A DNA stretch of 64,000 nt, from NCBI RefSeq assembly GCF_006345805.1, contig NC_043017.1, forward strand, positions 24,056,001 to 24,120,000. The letters are read 5' to 3'. The first letter of the stretch is position 1. Every line of letters starts with the position of its first letter. Origin of the DNA: Octopus sinensis (Eukaryota). The position numbers and the translations under genes were made by a program. Of this stretch, positions 1-11,606 are shown piece after piece. Under the pieces are notes generated by a model that worked only from the letters and a program-made list of their open reading frames with translations, did not search any database and was not told where the DNA came from.

Positions 1-237
1 ACGCGCTATCTATATTTTTCTTCGTCCGTTTATTACTGTTCTCAATGGTTTATCGTTTTATTTTGTTCTATTTCTTTACGAAGATACATTACATTAATTT
101 TATCTAAGAATCACATTAACTCTGCATGCAGCTCACAATAAATGTTCATCCTATTAATCGAATTTATTGTAAACAAATATATTCAATATACTTTTAATCA
201 CTTAGCGTTATCACTGTTGTATATCTACCAATGACTT

Positions 238-858
238 CAAGCTGGAAGATCATTAACGAGTTGGACAAAATGCTTAGCAGCATTTTTCTTTTTCTTTTTT
301 GGATCTTTACGTTCTGAGTTAAAATTTCGTCGAGGTCTTCGACTTTGCCTTTCATCCTTTCGGGCCCGATAAAATAATACCAGTCGAGCACTGGGGTCGA
401 TTACATCGACTGCCCCGCCACTCAAAATTGCTGGCCTTGTACCAAAATTAGAAAAAAATATCTACTAATGACAAGTGTTTATATATCATTTTTTTTTTTC
501 GGATCTTTACGTTCTGAGTTAAAATTTCGTCGAGGTCTTCGACTTTGCCTTTCATCCTTTCGGGCCCGATAAAATAATACCAGTCGAGCACTGGGGTCGA
601 TTACATCGACTGCCCCGCCACTCAAAATTGCTGGCCTTGTACCAAAATTAGAAAAAAATATCTACTAATGACAAGTGTTTATATATCATTTTTTTTTTTC
701 GGATCTTTACGTTCTGAGTTAAAATTTCGTCGAGGTCTTCGACTTTCGGGCCCAATAAAATAATACCAGTCGAGCACTGGAGTCGATTACATCGACTGCC
801 CCGCCACTCAAAATTGCTGGCCTTGTACCAAAATTAGAAAAACATATCTACCAATGAC
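238..858 (+). repeat. SINE (family A) 3' part amplified in tandem, 3 x 200 bp
   Basis: ggatctttacgttctgagtt starts at 301, 501 and 701; the third unit lacks gcctttcatccttt; atatctaccaatgac occurs at 221-235 and 844-858. Confidence 0.9.
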
Positions 859-1451
859 ATAATGACAAGTGTTTGTATATCACCTCACGACGCCTACCAA
901 ATTATTCAAGTTTTCGATCCCTTCATTTTTTGTTTTGTTTTGTATTTATCTTATTTTTATTCATATTTTCATTCTTGTTTACCGTTAATGTCTGTACCTT
1001 ACACATTTGTCCACGTGATATTATTCTTGTTCTTGATTTTGTTGTTTATATATATGTTTATAGGCTGCATAATAACCCACTTCACTAAATTTGCTAATTA
1101 TTTTCTATTTACGACTTCATTATTACTTATTTTATTCTTTTGTTCCATTTATTATTCATAAGCAACTAACACCCGGTCAATAATCTTATTAATGGCCTTA
1201 CGAACACTACTTTGCGTTTTGCATCATTTAACGCTGCATTTGCAATTATCCAGCATTCAAATTTTTAAGGAGATAGAACACACACACACATACACAGACG
1301 TATGTATATACCGGATGCAATTGCATGAACATACGAACGTGACGTGATATTTGTATGCAAGGTATATGTGTGTTTAAACACACAAACACACGTATGCGTG
1401 TAGCTAGCTAGACAGACAGACAGACAGATAGATAGATATTAGTTTGTCAAG

Positions 1452-2150
1452 AAAGTCGTTAAAGGCGTGTTTGACATCGTCTTGGTTTTTGAAGCATTTC
1501 TCACGCAGGAAGTCGTCGAGATGCTTGAAAAAGTGGTAGTCGGTAGGCAAGAGGTCAGGTAAGTATGGTAGATGAGGCAGAGTTTCGTAGCCCAATTCGT
1601 TCAATTTCTGCAGGGTCAGTTGTGTGACGTGCGGCCGAGCGTTGTTATGCAGAAGAATTGGTCCTTTTCTATTTGACCAATGCTGGCTGTTGTTGTTGGA
1701 GTTTCTTATGCATTTCCTCCATTTGCTGAGAGTACTTCTCCGCCGTAATGGTTTCGCCTGGATCCAAAAAGCTGTGATGGATGAGACCGACCGCAGACCA
1801 CCAAACAGTCACCATGATCTTTTTTGGTGCAACTTTGGCTCCGGGAAGTGCTGCGGAGCTTCGTCGACGTCCAACCACTGAGCTGAACGTTGCCGGTTGT
1901 TGTAAAGAATCAACTTTTCATCGCAAGTCACAATCCGGTCGAGAAACGGGTTGCGTTAAAGAAAGGAAGACAACACTTAAAAACGGCATTTAAAAATTTT
2001 TTTTTGTCGTTCAATTCGTGCGGCAGCCATTTCTCAAGTATTTTTGTTTTTCCAATCTCTTTCAAGTGGCTGGAAATTGTCGTATACGTTACGTCTAATT
2101 CAGAAGCAAACTCTCGAACAGTTGTGCGTGGATTGGCTTCATTGAAGGAC
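1452..2150 (-). mobile_element. degenerate mariner (Tc1/mariner) transposase fragment
   Basis: Frameshifted pieces WLPHELND, KKIMVTVWWSAVGLIHHSFLDPGETITAEKY, HNARPH and LPHLPYLPDLLPTDYHFFKHLDDFL correspond to the mariner WVPHEL and YSPDLAPSD motifs. Confidence 0.9.
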
Positions 2151-3012
2151 AGTTGGCTACTGAAGTGGATTATAATAAAATAAAAGACAACTTTGCAAGA
2201 ATTAATGCCTAGAAGAGGTTGTTATGATTGCTACATACATTTTTATATTGATTCACTTTGTTTTCATTTCACGTTTAAAATGTAAAATAAATAAACACGA
2301 ATTTTTAGGAGGCGGGGTATTAGATTTTCATATCAGAGGGTGAATGGATTTGAGCCTACTGTAAAACTTTTTTTATTGTTTTAATTTTAAATACAAAATA
2401 ATTATGCACTTCCTTTAAAACTGTATCTTCCTTGTTTTCAGTTTAAATACAAAATAGCAATTATGTATTTCCTCTAAAACAATAACTTCCGTGCTTGTTT
2501 TGTTTTAAATACAAAAAAAATTGTAAAGTGAATTTTAAATTATTTGGTATGTGCCCTGGCGCCATTTTTTAAGTGCTCTTTCTCCCTAACTTTTAAAACC
2601 TGGTTACGCCCCTGGCTTTCAGCCAACACAATGCTGAAGTTGTCTCACCAGAAATGTAGGATATACAAGTAGAAAATACAAGCTGTATTTCATTAAATCC
2701 AGTCTGTTTTAAATCTATATTGCTACAGGGATTCGAACCCCAACTGCAAGATATTCAGTTAAGGATCAGCCCAGTAGATATTACTCGCTCAGCATGCGAG
2801 AAATATCAACTAAGTCTCTCTTAAATTACATTCCACAGTCTTAGGAAATGAAGAACACATAAGATAATGTAACGCATTACCTGAAAGCGATAAAGGTAGA
2901 TTGGCAACAGCTGGAATACCTTTCATCATAGGCTTGTTCGATCAAGGAGTAAATAACAACCTACGCAAGATAGAGGAGTAACACCAATAGCCACAAGAGA
3001 AGCAAGCTATTG

Positions 3013-3262
3013 CGCAATGGCCCAGTGGTTAGGGCAGCGGACTCGCGGTCGGAGGATCGCGGTTTCGATTCCCAGACCGGGCGTTGTGTGTGTTTATTGA
3101 GCGAAAACACCTAAAGCTCCACAAGGCTCCGGCAGGGGGGGGGCGACCCCTGTTGTACTGTTTCGCTCCAACTTTCTCTCACTCTTTCTTCTTGTTTCTT
3201 GTCCCCGACTTCCTACTGTTTGTCCCCTCTATGTTTAGCCCCTTGTGGGTAGTAAAGAAATA
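3013..3262 (+). mobile_element. tRNA-derived SINE (family C head, joined to a family A-like 3' tail)
   Basis: A-box TGGCCCAGTGGTTAGG and B-box GGTTTCGATTCC; the same head recurs on the minus strand at ~49770 and ~51900. Confidence 0.8.
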
Positions 3263-4020
3263 TATTACTGATCTAGCCCTAGATCAGTCTTCCTCGGACA
3301 TTACTATTATCATAAATGCCCCATCTATGTCTATCACGTTTTTTTTTCTTTTCTTTAGTACATCCTGAAGTGCACTGTTGCCTCACATTTTTCAATGTGG
3401 TGAGATTTGACAGCTATTTCTTGCAGCCACTCATCAGCAAGTAGTTTATAATTTGAATGCTAGTGTTTTCTATCTTGAGCTCGTTGTAAGTATGTATGTA
3501 CCTTGTATAAGATATCATTTACCTTTCATCAAAAGTAAGGCATAACAAATTTAATTCATTAAGTATGTCTATGCGTGTGCATGCATTTGTGATTGCTTCA
3601 GCATGTAAGCAGTAACGACAAACGTCAGCTGTAAAATGAGTATTCTGTTGAAAAAGACATGACAATAAAATTACAAGACTATATTTGATGGTTTAACTTC
3701 CAGAATATTATGCAACCGCTACTTGCAACTACATCTGACCTCGCTATATAAAATTTTTAAAATATCAACATTACACACGGAATGATAATTAAAAGAAAAA
3801 AGAAAGAAAAACAACACTTAGCCGGCCGGTGGATTATCAATGAAAACGTAAGAGATTATTTCCGTACGAAAAGGCGATTTGTTGAAAATGATTTAAGGTG
3901 TCAGCTTACTAATTTAAACTCAGTCGACAACCTTAGTCTTATCAGCAAAAGTTTCAATGAATACTATATATACAGGTTTGCTGAGTAAACAAGAGAAATA
4001 GAACTCAATACATGAATGAA

Positions 4021-4056
4021 TGTCCGATGAACGGCAACGGGAAACTCAGAGTAACA
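4021..4056 (+). ncRNA. putative minimal type-I hammerhead ribozyme motif (Penelope-like), variant core
   Basis: UGU-CCGAUGA-A.CG(GCAA)CG.G-GAAA-CUC(A)GAG-UA-ACA: stem I UGU/ACA, GNRA-capped stem II, near-palindromic stem III, GUA cleavage triplet. Confidence 0.5.
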
Positions 4057-4091
4057 GGTTTTGTTGAATTTTCTGCTGCTTTAAATAAAGT

Positions 4092-4137
<46 letters not shown>

Positions 4138-4139
4138 GA

Positions 4140-4478
4140 TAAAGACCCCCTTCAATCATGAATGACCATACGATTGCGCCTAGAAAGTTCCCCTCCGAAG
4201 CACAAGTCCGGCCAAGGTTGTTTATGGGAGACCAGCAGTCGCCCATGCATACTAGCCTCCACTCTTCACATCACTGCTGTTATCCAAGGAAAAGGTAATG
4301 GCTGGTACAGCTTGGCACCAGTGAATGTTACAACACATTTCTACAGCTGAATGAACTGGTGCAGTATGAAATAAAGTGTCTTGCTCAAGAACACAACACA
4401 CGGCCTGGTCCAGGAATCAAACTCACTATCTCATAACTGTGATCCCGACGCTCTAACCGCTGAGCCATGCGCCTTCAC
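4140..4478 (-). mobile_element. tRNA-derived SINE (family D)
   Basis: Minus-strand head gcgcatggctcagcggttagagcg...gagtttgattcc followed by gtgttcttgagcaagacacttt; other copies at ~28892-29212(+), 31445-31750(-), 33945-34470(-), 36470-36592(-), 39661-39781(-), 52632-52750(+). Confidence 0.75.
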
Positions 4479-4495
4479 CATATCTTGGTTCCATT

Positions 4496-4930
4496 GTGTC
4501 CAATGATACGAAGATGGGTAAAGAAATCGAGTCCAGAATCAGGAAGGCTAGTTCCGCTTTCGGTAAGCTTTATCACAAGCTATGGAACAGCCACGACGTA
4601 GCGTTGAAGGTGAAAGTTAATGTATATAAATCAGTGGTGTTGAGAACATTACGTGCTATCTCCTGCATAAAACCGAGTGACTATATTGATAACACTGACG
4701 TACTAACAAAATACAACATATCTGGTATTGAAGCCATCCTCATCAAAATACAGCTTAGATGGCCAGGTCATCTCTCACGTACGAGTGATATCAAAATTCT
4801 GAAGTTACTTCTCTTTGGCCAATTCCCAACAGGAATGTCACTTGGAAGGCTACATTTGCGCTTCAAAGACAAACTAAAAGACAATCTAAAGCGATGCAAC
4901 ATTCCCTTTCCTTCCTGGGAAAACAAAACA
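4496..4930 (+). mobile_element. RTE-clade LINE ORF2 C-terminal fragment
   Basis: EIESRIRKASSAFGKL...KVNVYKSVVL...QLRWPGHLSR...LLFGQ...GR..LRFKDKLKDNLK is typical of the post-RT region of RTE LINEs. Confidence 0.85.
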
Positions 4931-4962
4931 TCTTGTTTGTGTGCCAGAGGGGGACGGGTAGG

Positions 4963-5560
4963 TTAACGTCTGTAGGGGGCGAGTGGAAGGAAGATTGTGG
5001 GGTTCTGTGTTTGTTTTACCTGGTTTCTTCTTTTTCCTTTTCTTACCTTCTTTTTGTCTTGTAGAGGGCAGTTTGCTCTAATGTGGCCTTTCTGGCCGCA
5101 CTTGTAGCATCGAGGGATCCTGCCCTCTACTCTGACCGCCCTTATTATGTCTTCCATTGCTATGGTCTCCGATAATTCCTCAATAATCTCTTTCAGTCCC
5201 TGTATAACCATGTTTGGCCTTTCCAATTCCTACTTTGTATGTGACAGTAGACTCCCTCCTGTTGACAATCAGTTCCTCAGGAGGGCTTAATTCCACATCG
5301 GTTCCTTCTCGCCTCGTTATTTTTGAATAATTTTTCCATTCATCCCATTCAGTTCGATGTTTTTTAATCTTTGCAATCTCCGCAAAGCTTCTATCTTCTC
5401 TCGTCCGTTTTTCCATCTTACTCCACGAAGCATCTGACTGTTCCGAAGAGGACAGTTCTGAGCAGTTGATTGATATCTGAGTCGCTGATATCTTTTAACA
5501 TTTTCACTTGGCTTACCCTCCTCAATGAGGAGGGAAAGTACAAACTGCCACAAGGCAGCA
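4963..5560 (-). mobile_element. LINE ORF1/gag-like fragment with CCHC zinc knuckle (frameshifted)
   Basis: VRVEGRIPRCYKCGQKGHIRANC (CX2CX4HX4C) within overlapping broken ORFs. Confidence 0.7.
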
Positions 5561-5614
5561 CAAACAAGAGTGTTCAGAGAACACTATAACAAACAACAAT
5601 ATAACACCAAATAT

Positions 5615-5845
5615 ATTTCTTTACTACCCACAAGGGGCTAAACACAGAGGGGACAAACAAGGACAGATAAACGGATTAAGTCGATTACATCGACCCCAGT
5701 GCGTAATTGGTACTTAATTTATCGACCCCGGAAGGATGAAAGGCAATGTCGACCTCGGCGGAATTTGAACCCAGAACGTAACGGCAGACGAAATACGCCT
5801 ACGCATTTCGCCCGGCGTGCTAACGTTTCTGCCAAATCGCCGCCT
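5615..5845 (-). mobile_element. tRNA-like SINE family A, full-length copy
   Basis: Consensus ggcggcga..tggcagaaacgttagcac...gttcaaattccgccgaggtcgac..gcctttcatcc...gccccttgtgggtagtaaagaaa; further copies at ~10315-10530, 11227-11451, 12469-12700, 13310-13530, 22253-22482, 24776-25005, 32205-32427, 34082-34296, 39110-39268, 40808-41015, 50902-51133, 53808-53970, 59249-59480. Confidence 0.88.
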
Positions 5846-6183
5846 TACACCAAATAATACAACTTTAGCTCACCAAATTGCAAATTCCACTATATCATAA
5901 TTAAATCTGTGTTTAAAACAAGGGCGGGAGTGATTTTTCTGAAAATTAATCAAACATATTTCAACCAGTCAAAGCACCAAGACTAAAGTTTAATTTTGTA
6001 ATTAAGAAACTGGTTGTGGAAAACAACACAGGTCGAATCTTACTTACAGATTCTCTAAGTATTTAGGACTGTATGCGCGGGGGGGGGGGGTTCGATATCA
6101 GTTTTTCCTCAAAGAAATAAACTAAAATTAAAAGTGAAGTATCAGTCTAGCGCCTGACAATGATATACTTTGCTAGAAAAAAA

Positions 6184-6427
6184 CGGTACTACAAGCGAAC
6201 AGTGGTCCCGGTGCGCGCACTTGCGCGTCCTCGCTGGCTAGTTGTAAGTAGACGATCCTACAATTTTTTAAAGTAAATAAATTATTTTTATAAACAAACT
6301 AAGGTTAGGGTTTAAAAATTAGGGTTAGGTTTAGGGCTAAAAAGTCGTTGTAGGATCGACTACTTACGACTAGCTAGCGCAGATGCGCGAGTGCGCACAC
6401 CGGGACCACTGTTCGCTAGTAGTACCG
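6184..6427. mobile_element. fold-back/MITE-like element with ~80-bp GC-rich inverted arms and a TTAGGG-containing core
   Basis: cggtactacaagcgaacagtggtcccggtg...gatcctacaa versus ttgtaggatc...caccgggaccactgttcgctagtagtaccg; core has ttaggg at 6305, 6319 and ~6331. Confidence 0.8.
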
Positions 6428-8374
6428 ATAAAAACTTCGTACATAAGAAATTGTAATGGAAGAAGATATAAAAAGAGGATCTTCTAGGGAAGATTTTAAG
6501 CCAACGAACAGCGTAGGTAAAGAATACGCACACCACCAGTTTTCGACGGAACCCTAACCCTAAAAGCCGAAAACGGGTGGTTTGCGAATTCTTTATCTTC
6601 TCCCAAAGAACATTATCGTCTGCTTTCAATCAAAAATAAAATGTCGGACTTACCGAAGGTCCTTCAACATGCAACCATCGCTTTTTCTTTTTCTCTCCAC
6701 CACCCACGACTGTCTTTAGTTATAAATTTCATTGAATTTCAAATAAATCCTTGTTTAGAATCAATGCAACTTTAAAGAAGAGCCAAGTGATTTTGTAAAA
6801 ATTAATCGAACACCATATTTCAACCAAAACGAAGTCCAGCAAAAAAACCAAGTCCAGCTTTGAAACTTTTACGTGTAACTGAGAAACTGGTTGTGGAAAA
6901 CATGATGCTGAGCTTGAGTCTCAACTAGTTACTACTTCAGACCAATTAAGGTGATAGAAAATTAAGAGAATTGACCGTAATGTGAGAGAGACGATGAGTT
7001 AGAGATGTTCGACCATCAAAGATATTCGTTGTCTACTCTCGATATCAATGGTGTGACTAGCAATTGCGTTCCAACAGTAACAACAATATCAAGAGTATAA
7101 TATTATTAATACAATATAATTGAAAACAGCATCTTTCGTTGTTTGTTATTTTCTTTTAATGAGATTATATATTTTTGATTTGGTTTTAAATCATCAGCAA
7201 AACGTTATGATCACACTTTGGGTTCATGGCTTCAAATGAAGCGTAACAAGGCATTCAAATAAATTCAGAGATCTGAACATTTTCTTTGAAGAAACATATT
7301 CTTCTCATTTCTCCTTGCAGACATTGAGTTCTTTGAAGTGGACTTGATTTCAGTATGCAAAGTAATTGGGGTGCGGGAGAACTGGCTACTGCTCCTAGTA
7401 GGTCGCTCCACCCGCTAGAAATAGCTGCCAAATCTTCCTCAAATCACTTTGTCATCTTTAAGAAAGTAATATTAATAATTCTTTCTGTTTTTTGCCACAA
7501 GGTTAGCAGTTTTGAATGGAGAGTGAAGTCAATTACAGCAACTTTACTGTTCAAATGGTACTTATTTTATCAACAAAATAAAAATAAAAAAAGGAAGAAA
7601 ATGTTTCAAATATGAACTTGTTAAAAGTGATATGAAAGTGTTTTATATCTTATGTCAGTTTTGGTACTTGTTGATCTCTCTTGTGATTGGAAATTTGTTA
7701 CCAAACACATTATTCTTCACAAACAGCAGAAAAGAATTAATTTTAAAAAATGATCCAGAAAACTGAACAAAACATATGCAAATGGGTCTCGAACTAACAG
7801 TCCAGGAGTTGCTGAAGGTCCAGTACTTTAACCAAACAGTTGTTTCACTTTAACACATGTAATTTGAAAGGAAATAAATATCTTAAATTATGTCACGCTG
7901 TCATGGTTGTATTGACAAGTCTGTGTAAGAAATTAGATATGAAGATGTTAAAATTAGATAACATAATCTGATTTAAAAGTGTCCTTGATTCGGACAGTCA
8001 TGATCAAGGGACAGTTGTGGGTATGGTGATGGGGACAATGTTGTTGGAAATGTAACTTTGCTAAGGGAATGCAATAAAATGAGGCAGTAGTGCAGTATTT
8101 CTCACTATTCACTCAGTGAATCCAAGACAATACTATTTCATATGCCACTATCTCTTTTTCTTTCTTTTTTTCTTCCATGAAAGTAGTATGTGAATTAAGG
8201 AAAGGTTTGGCTGCCACTTCCAGCAGATCATGCAACCACATTCAGACACCTGTGTTGGCTCAACATAAAATGTTGTTTCCTAGGTATATGTAAAGTGCCA
8301 TAGTAACTTAACCAAAGTATGGTCATGTATACAAATACAAGTATTACATATATAAAATAGAAATTTTAAAATAC

Positions 8375-8610
8375 TCTGAGATGTTGTCAGAGATGGAGGT
8401 AGTGATGTGTGACAGATTGGTGGTAGAGACAGGGATGAGAGATCAGTTGATGCTGGAGGTAGCAATGGGAGATTAGTTGGTGCTGGAGATAGGGATGGGA
8501 GATGAGTAGGTGTTGGAATCAGGGATGGAAGATGAGTAGATGCTGGAGGTAGTGATGGATAATTACTCAATGGAGGTAGTAATGGGTGATTAGTTGAAGC
8601 TGGAGGTATA
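8375..8610. repeat. ~30-bp degenerate minisatellite
   Basis: Units like gatgctggaggtagcaatgggagattagtt recur about 7 times. Confidence 0.8.
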
Positions 8611-8769
8611 ACCTCAAAGAGAAATTCCACAAGGCAGAACAAGATTGTTTTGTTTCTTTTTAGTCCCCGTGAAGTGGTGGGGTCCTCTCCTCAAAATCAA
8701 CGATATAATGTACAAATGAACTTTGAATCCTCAATTAAGTTATTTCAATGATGATAACGGTACAATTTT

Positions 8770-10010
8770 ACATTTTAGAGTTGTAGTTTTTTTCCTTCTT
8801 TGTGAAAATTATGGTTATGATAAAAATATCAAAAATAATTGACAGCTTTTGATGTATGATTATGAAAGCATAATTGAACATGATGGCTAATCTCTGGCTA
8901 TCTGAAATATGACCACTGGTAAACTTCCATAAATGCTTTATTCCCAGCGCACCAGAATGACCAGATAACAATATACTTTATATACAGAGCAATGATAAGC
9001 CTAATCTGCTAATAAAATGAGCTTTCCAAGTATTTTATCTGCAAAATTTCTAATAACACAACCAAAATCAATTTCTCCTGCATTGCTTCATTCAATACTG
9101 AGTCTTATCGAATCAATAAGCTGAGTTTGAGTCAGGAAGAAGACCTTGAGAAAGTTTTACATGTTGAGCTAAAGTGATTCTAGTTAAAATTCTGATGAAT
9201 ATTCCCAAACATAAAGTTTGTAGTCAGTCAAAAAAATCTAGCATTTAAAGGCTTCAGTTGTAGTTTTTCAAAGTCTTCAGTGAATTAATTTCCTTTCACG
9301 TTTTATTTATTTACTTTTTTAAACTCACTTTCAGACATTGTGAGATATTTTCCACAAGAAATCAAAATTATCAGCCAACCGCTTAACAGCATTATTATAG
9401 GATTAACACACAGTTAATCCTCTAATAACATTATCAATCAAGACATAAAACATGGCTTTTCAGAAGTAGGTCTCGACTGGCGAGTGATCTATGCCAGTTA
9501 TTTCTGGCAGGTTGGCATCGGGTGTTGTGTCATCATCGTACCCTTCTCTTTTGACTCATGCCTCCATACGAATGGGAGAAGTTGGTTTCTATTTCAACTC
9601 CTTGGGTTCATTCCAGATGTTTTTCCACTTGTTTCATAATTTCATCAAATCTTCAAGGAGAATTTCAATGTTAAGATGCCTCCTCTACATCCAACGTAAC
9701 ATCTCTCTTTGATTGACATTAATGTAAATATCTATTGGAGCCAAAACTTTATACTAAACAGTCAACATTAATACACAAATGAAACCTTTTAGATACACTA
9801 ACATTCCACTCGTTTCATTCCATGTCTCGGCTGTTAAATTAACCACTAAAAGATCTTGCAATGTTAATGGAATGGTGGTAAGGTGAGATTCAAAATGCTT
9901 GATACATTCAAATTTGTCAGCGTTCCTGGTTTCAAAAATATTCTGTAGAGAACGAATGTGATCTTTAAGTAATTCCTGTCATTTCAGGCTGGAACTAAAC
10001 AAACCATAAA
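8770..10010 (-). mobile_element. highly degenerate hAT-superfamily transposase (ZMYM1/Tip100-like) fossil
   Basis: Minus-strand translation through stops: LQDLLVVNLTAETWNE.SG...F.C.LML; NIEILLEDLMKL*NKWKNIWNE; ETYF*KAMFYVLIDNVIRGL; a weak dimerisation-domain-like tail near 8800-9030. Confidence 0.6.
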
Positions 10011-10975
10011 TCATTTGAACATCATCATCATCATCAGTTCCCCAATAAGTATGTTATGGCTTTTGGTATGCACTCAGCTGTATTGTTTACACACAAACTA
10101 AGAGTATAGCAGCCAAATGGAGTAAAGATCATCATGGTGTAGCTGGGTGATCTAGAAGCTTGCATTTTGACCATGTATGTGGTCTTTGGTTCAATCCAGC
10201 TACATGGCACCTTGTACAAGCACAAGAATTTTCTACTGTAGCCCCAAGCTGACCAAAGCCTTGTGAATGAATTTGGTCAATGGATACTGAAAGAAGTTCA
10301 TCATATATATGTATTTCTTTATTGCCCACAAGGGGCCAAACACAGAGTGGACAAACAAGGACAGACAAACAGATTAATTCGATTATATCGACCCCAGTGC
10401 GTTACTGGTACTTATTTAATCGACCCCGAAAGGATGAAATGCAAAGTTGACCTCAGCGGAATTTGAACTCAGAACGTAACGACAGACAAAATACTGCTAA
10501 GCATTTCGCCCGGCGCGCTAACAAGTCTGCCATATATATGTACATGCGTGTGTGTGTGTGTTGTGTTTGTCTCCACCACCACCACCACTTGACAGCTGGT
10601 ATTGGTTTGTTTACATCCTCATAATTTAGTGGTTCAGTAAAAGAGACCAACAGAATAAAGACCAGATTTAAAAATAAGCTCTGAGATCAAATTTGTTCAA
10701 CTAAGCCCTTTAAGTTGGTGCCCCAGCATGGTCGCAGTTGAATGACTGAAACAAGTAAACAATGAACTGTAAAAAAACACTGCTATTGTTTGCTAAGTTT
10801 GCTAACTTTTGTAAAATAAATCAAAAGAAAGAGACTTTGAGAGTGGAAGAGAAGGAGCCGTTACATATCTACAGGCATCTCCTTGGCTCCCTGGGCTGCA
10901 AGAGAGAGATGTAGAAGGAATGCATAGGGGCATATTTATCCGCAAATGAGCCCTTAGTGAACAGACCTATATTAG

Positions 10976-11606
10976 CCCTTTAGCATTTAAACCAGCCATA
11001 ACTGGCCCAAATGTTATTTTCTACTCTAGGCACAAGGCCCAAAATTTTGGTGGAGGGGACAGGTCAATTAGATCAACCCCAGTATGCAACTGGTACTTAA
11101 TTTATTAATCCCGAAAATATGAAAGCCAAAGTCGACCTCAGCGGAATTTGAACTCAGAAGGTAAAACTAGCCCAAATATTCTACTTGTTTTATGTTCTGA
11201 CCAGCCAGATCCAGCCTATCATACCTCTTTCTTTACTACCCACAAGGGGCTACACATAGAGGGGACGAACAAGGACAGACAAACGGATTAAGTCGATTAC
11301 ATCGACCCCAGTGCATAACTGGTACTTATTTAATCGACCCCGAAAGGATGAAAGGCAAAGTCAACCTCGGCGGAATTTGAACTCAGAACGTAGCGGTAGA
11401 CGAAATACCACTTAGCATTTCGCCCGGCGTGATAATGCTTCTGCCAGTTTGCCAGCCTATCATACCTACCCTTCAATGCCATTCTAAAAATATACAATCA
11501 TCACATCATCAAAATTTCAAAGCTGTGAGATAATGCACGATTAGTTAAAAAACAATGTGAACGAAAAAGCATCTCATTTGACAAAATAAGCTGAATGCTA
11601 AAGAGT
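10976..11606 (+). mobile_element. TTAA-type MITE (TIR CCCTTTAGCATT) interrupted by two family A SINEs
   Basis: MITE pieces rejoin around SINEs at ~11013-11168 and 11227-11451; the second SINE has a 16-bp TSD ccagcctatcatacct (11211-11226 and 11452-11467). Confidence 0.8.

Noticed and set aside
3013-3085. Functional tRNA gene
   Set aside because: A/B boxes are present but the acceptor stem does not close, and the sequence continues into a multi-copy SINE body
8280-8642. 120-aa Pro-rich ORF
   Set aside because: Translation of a 30-bp minisatellite
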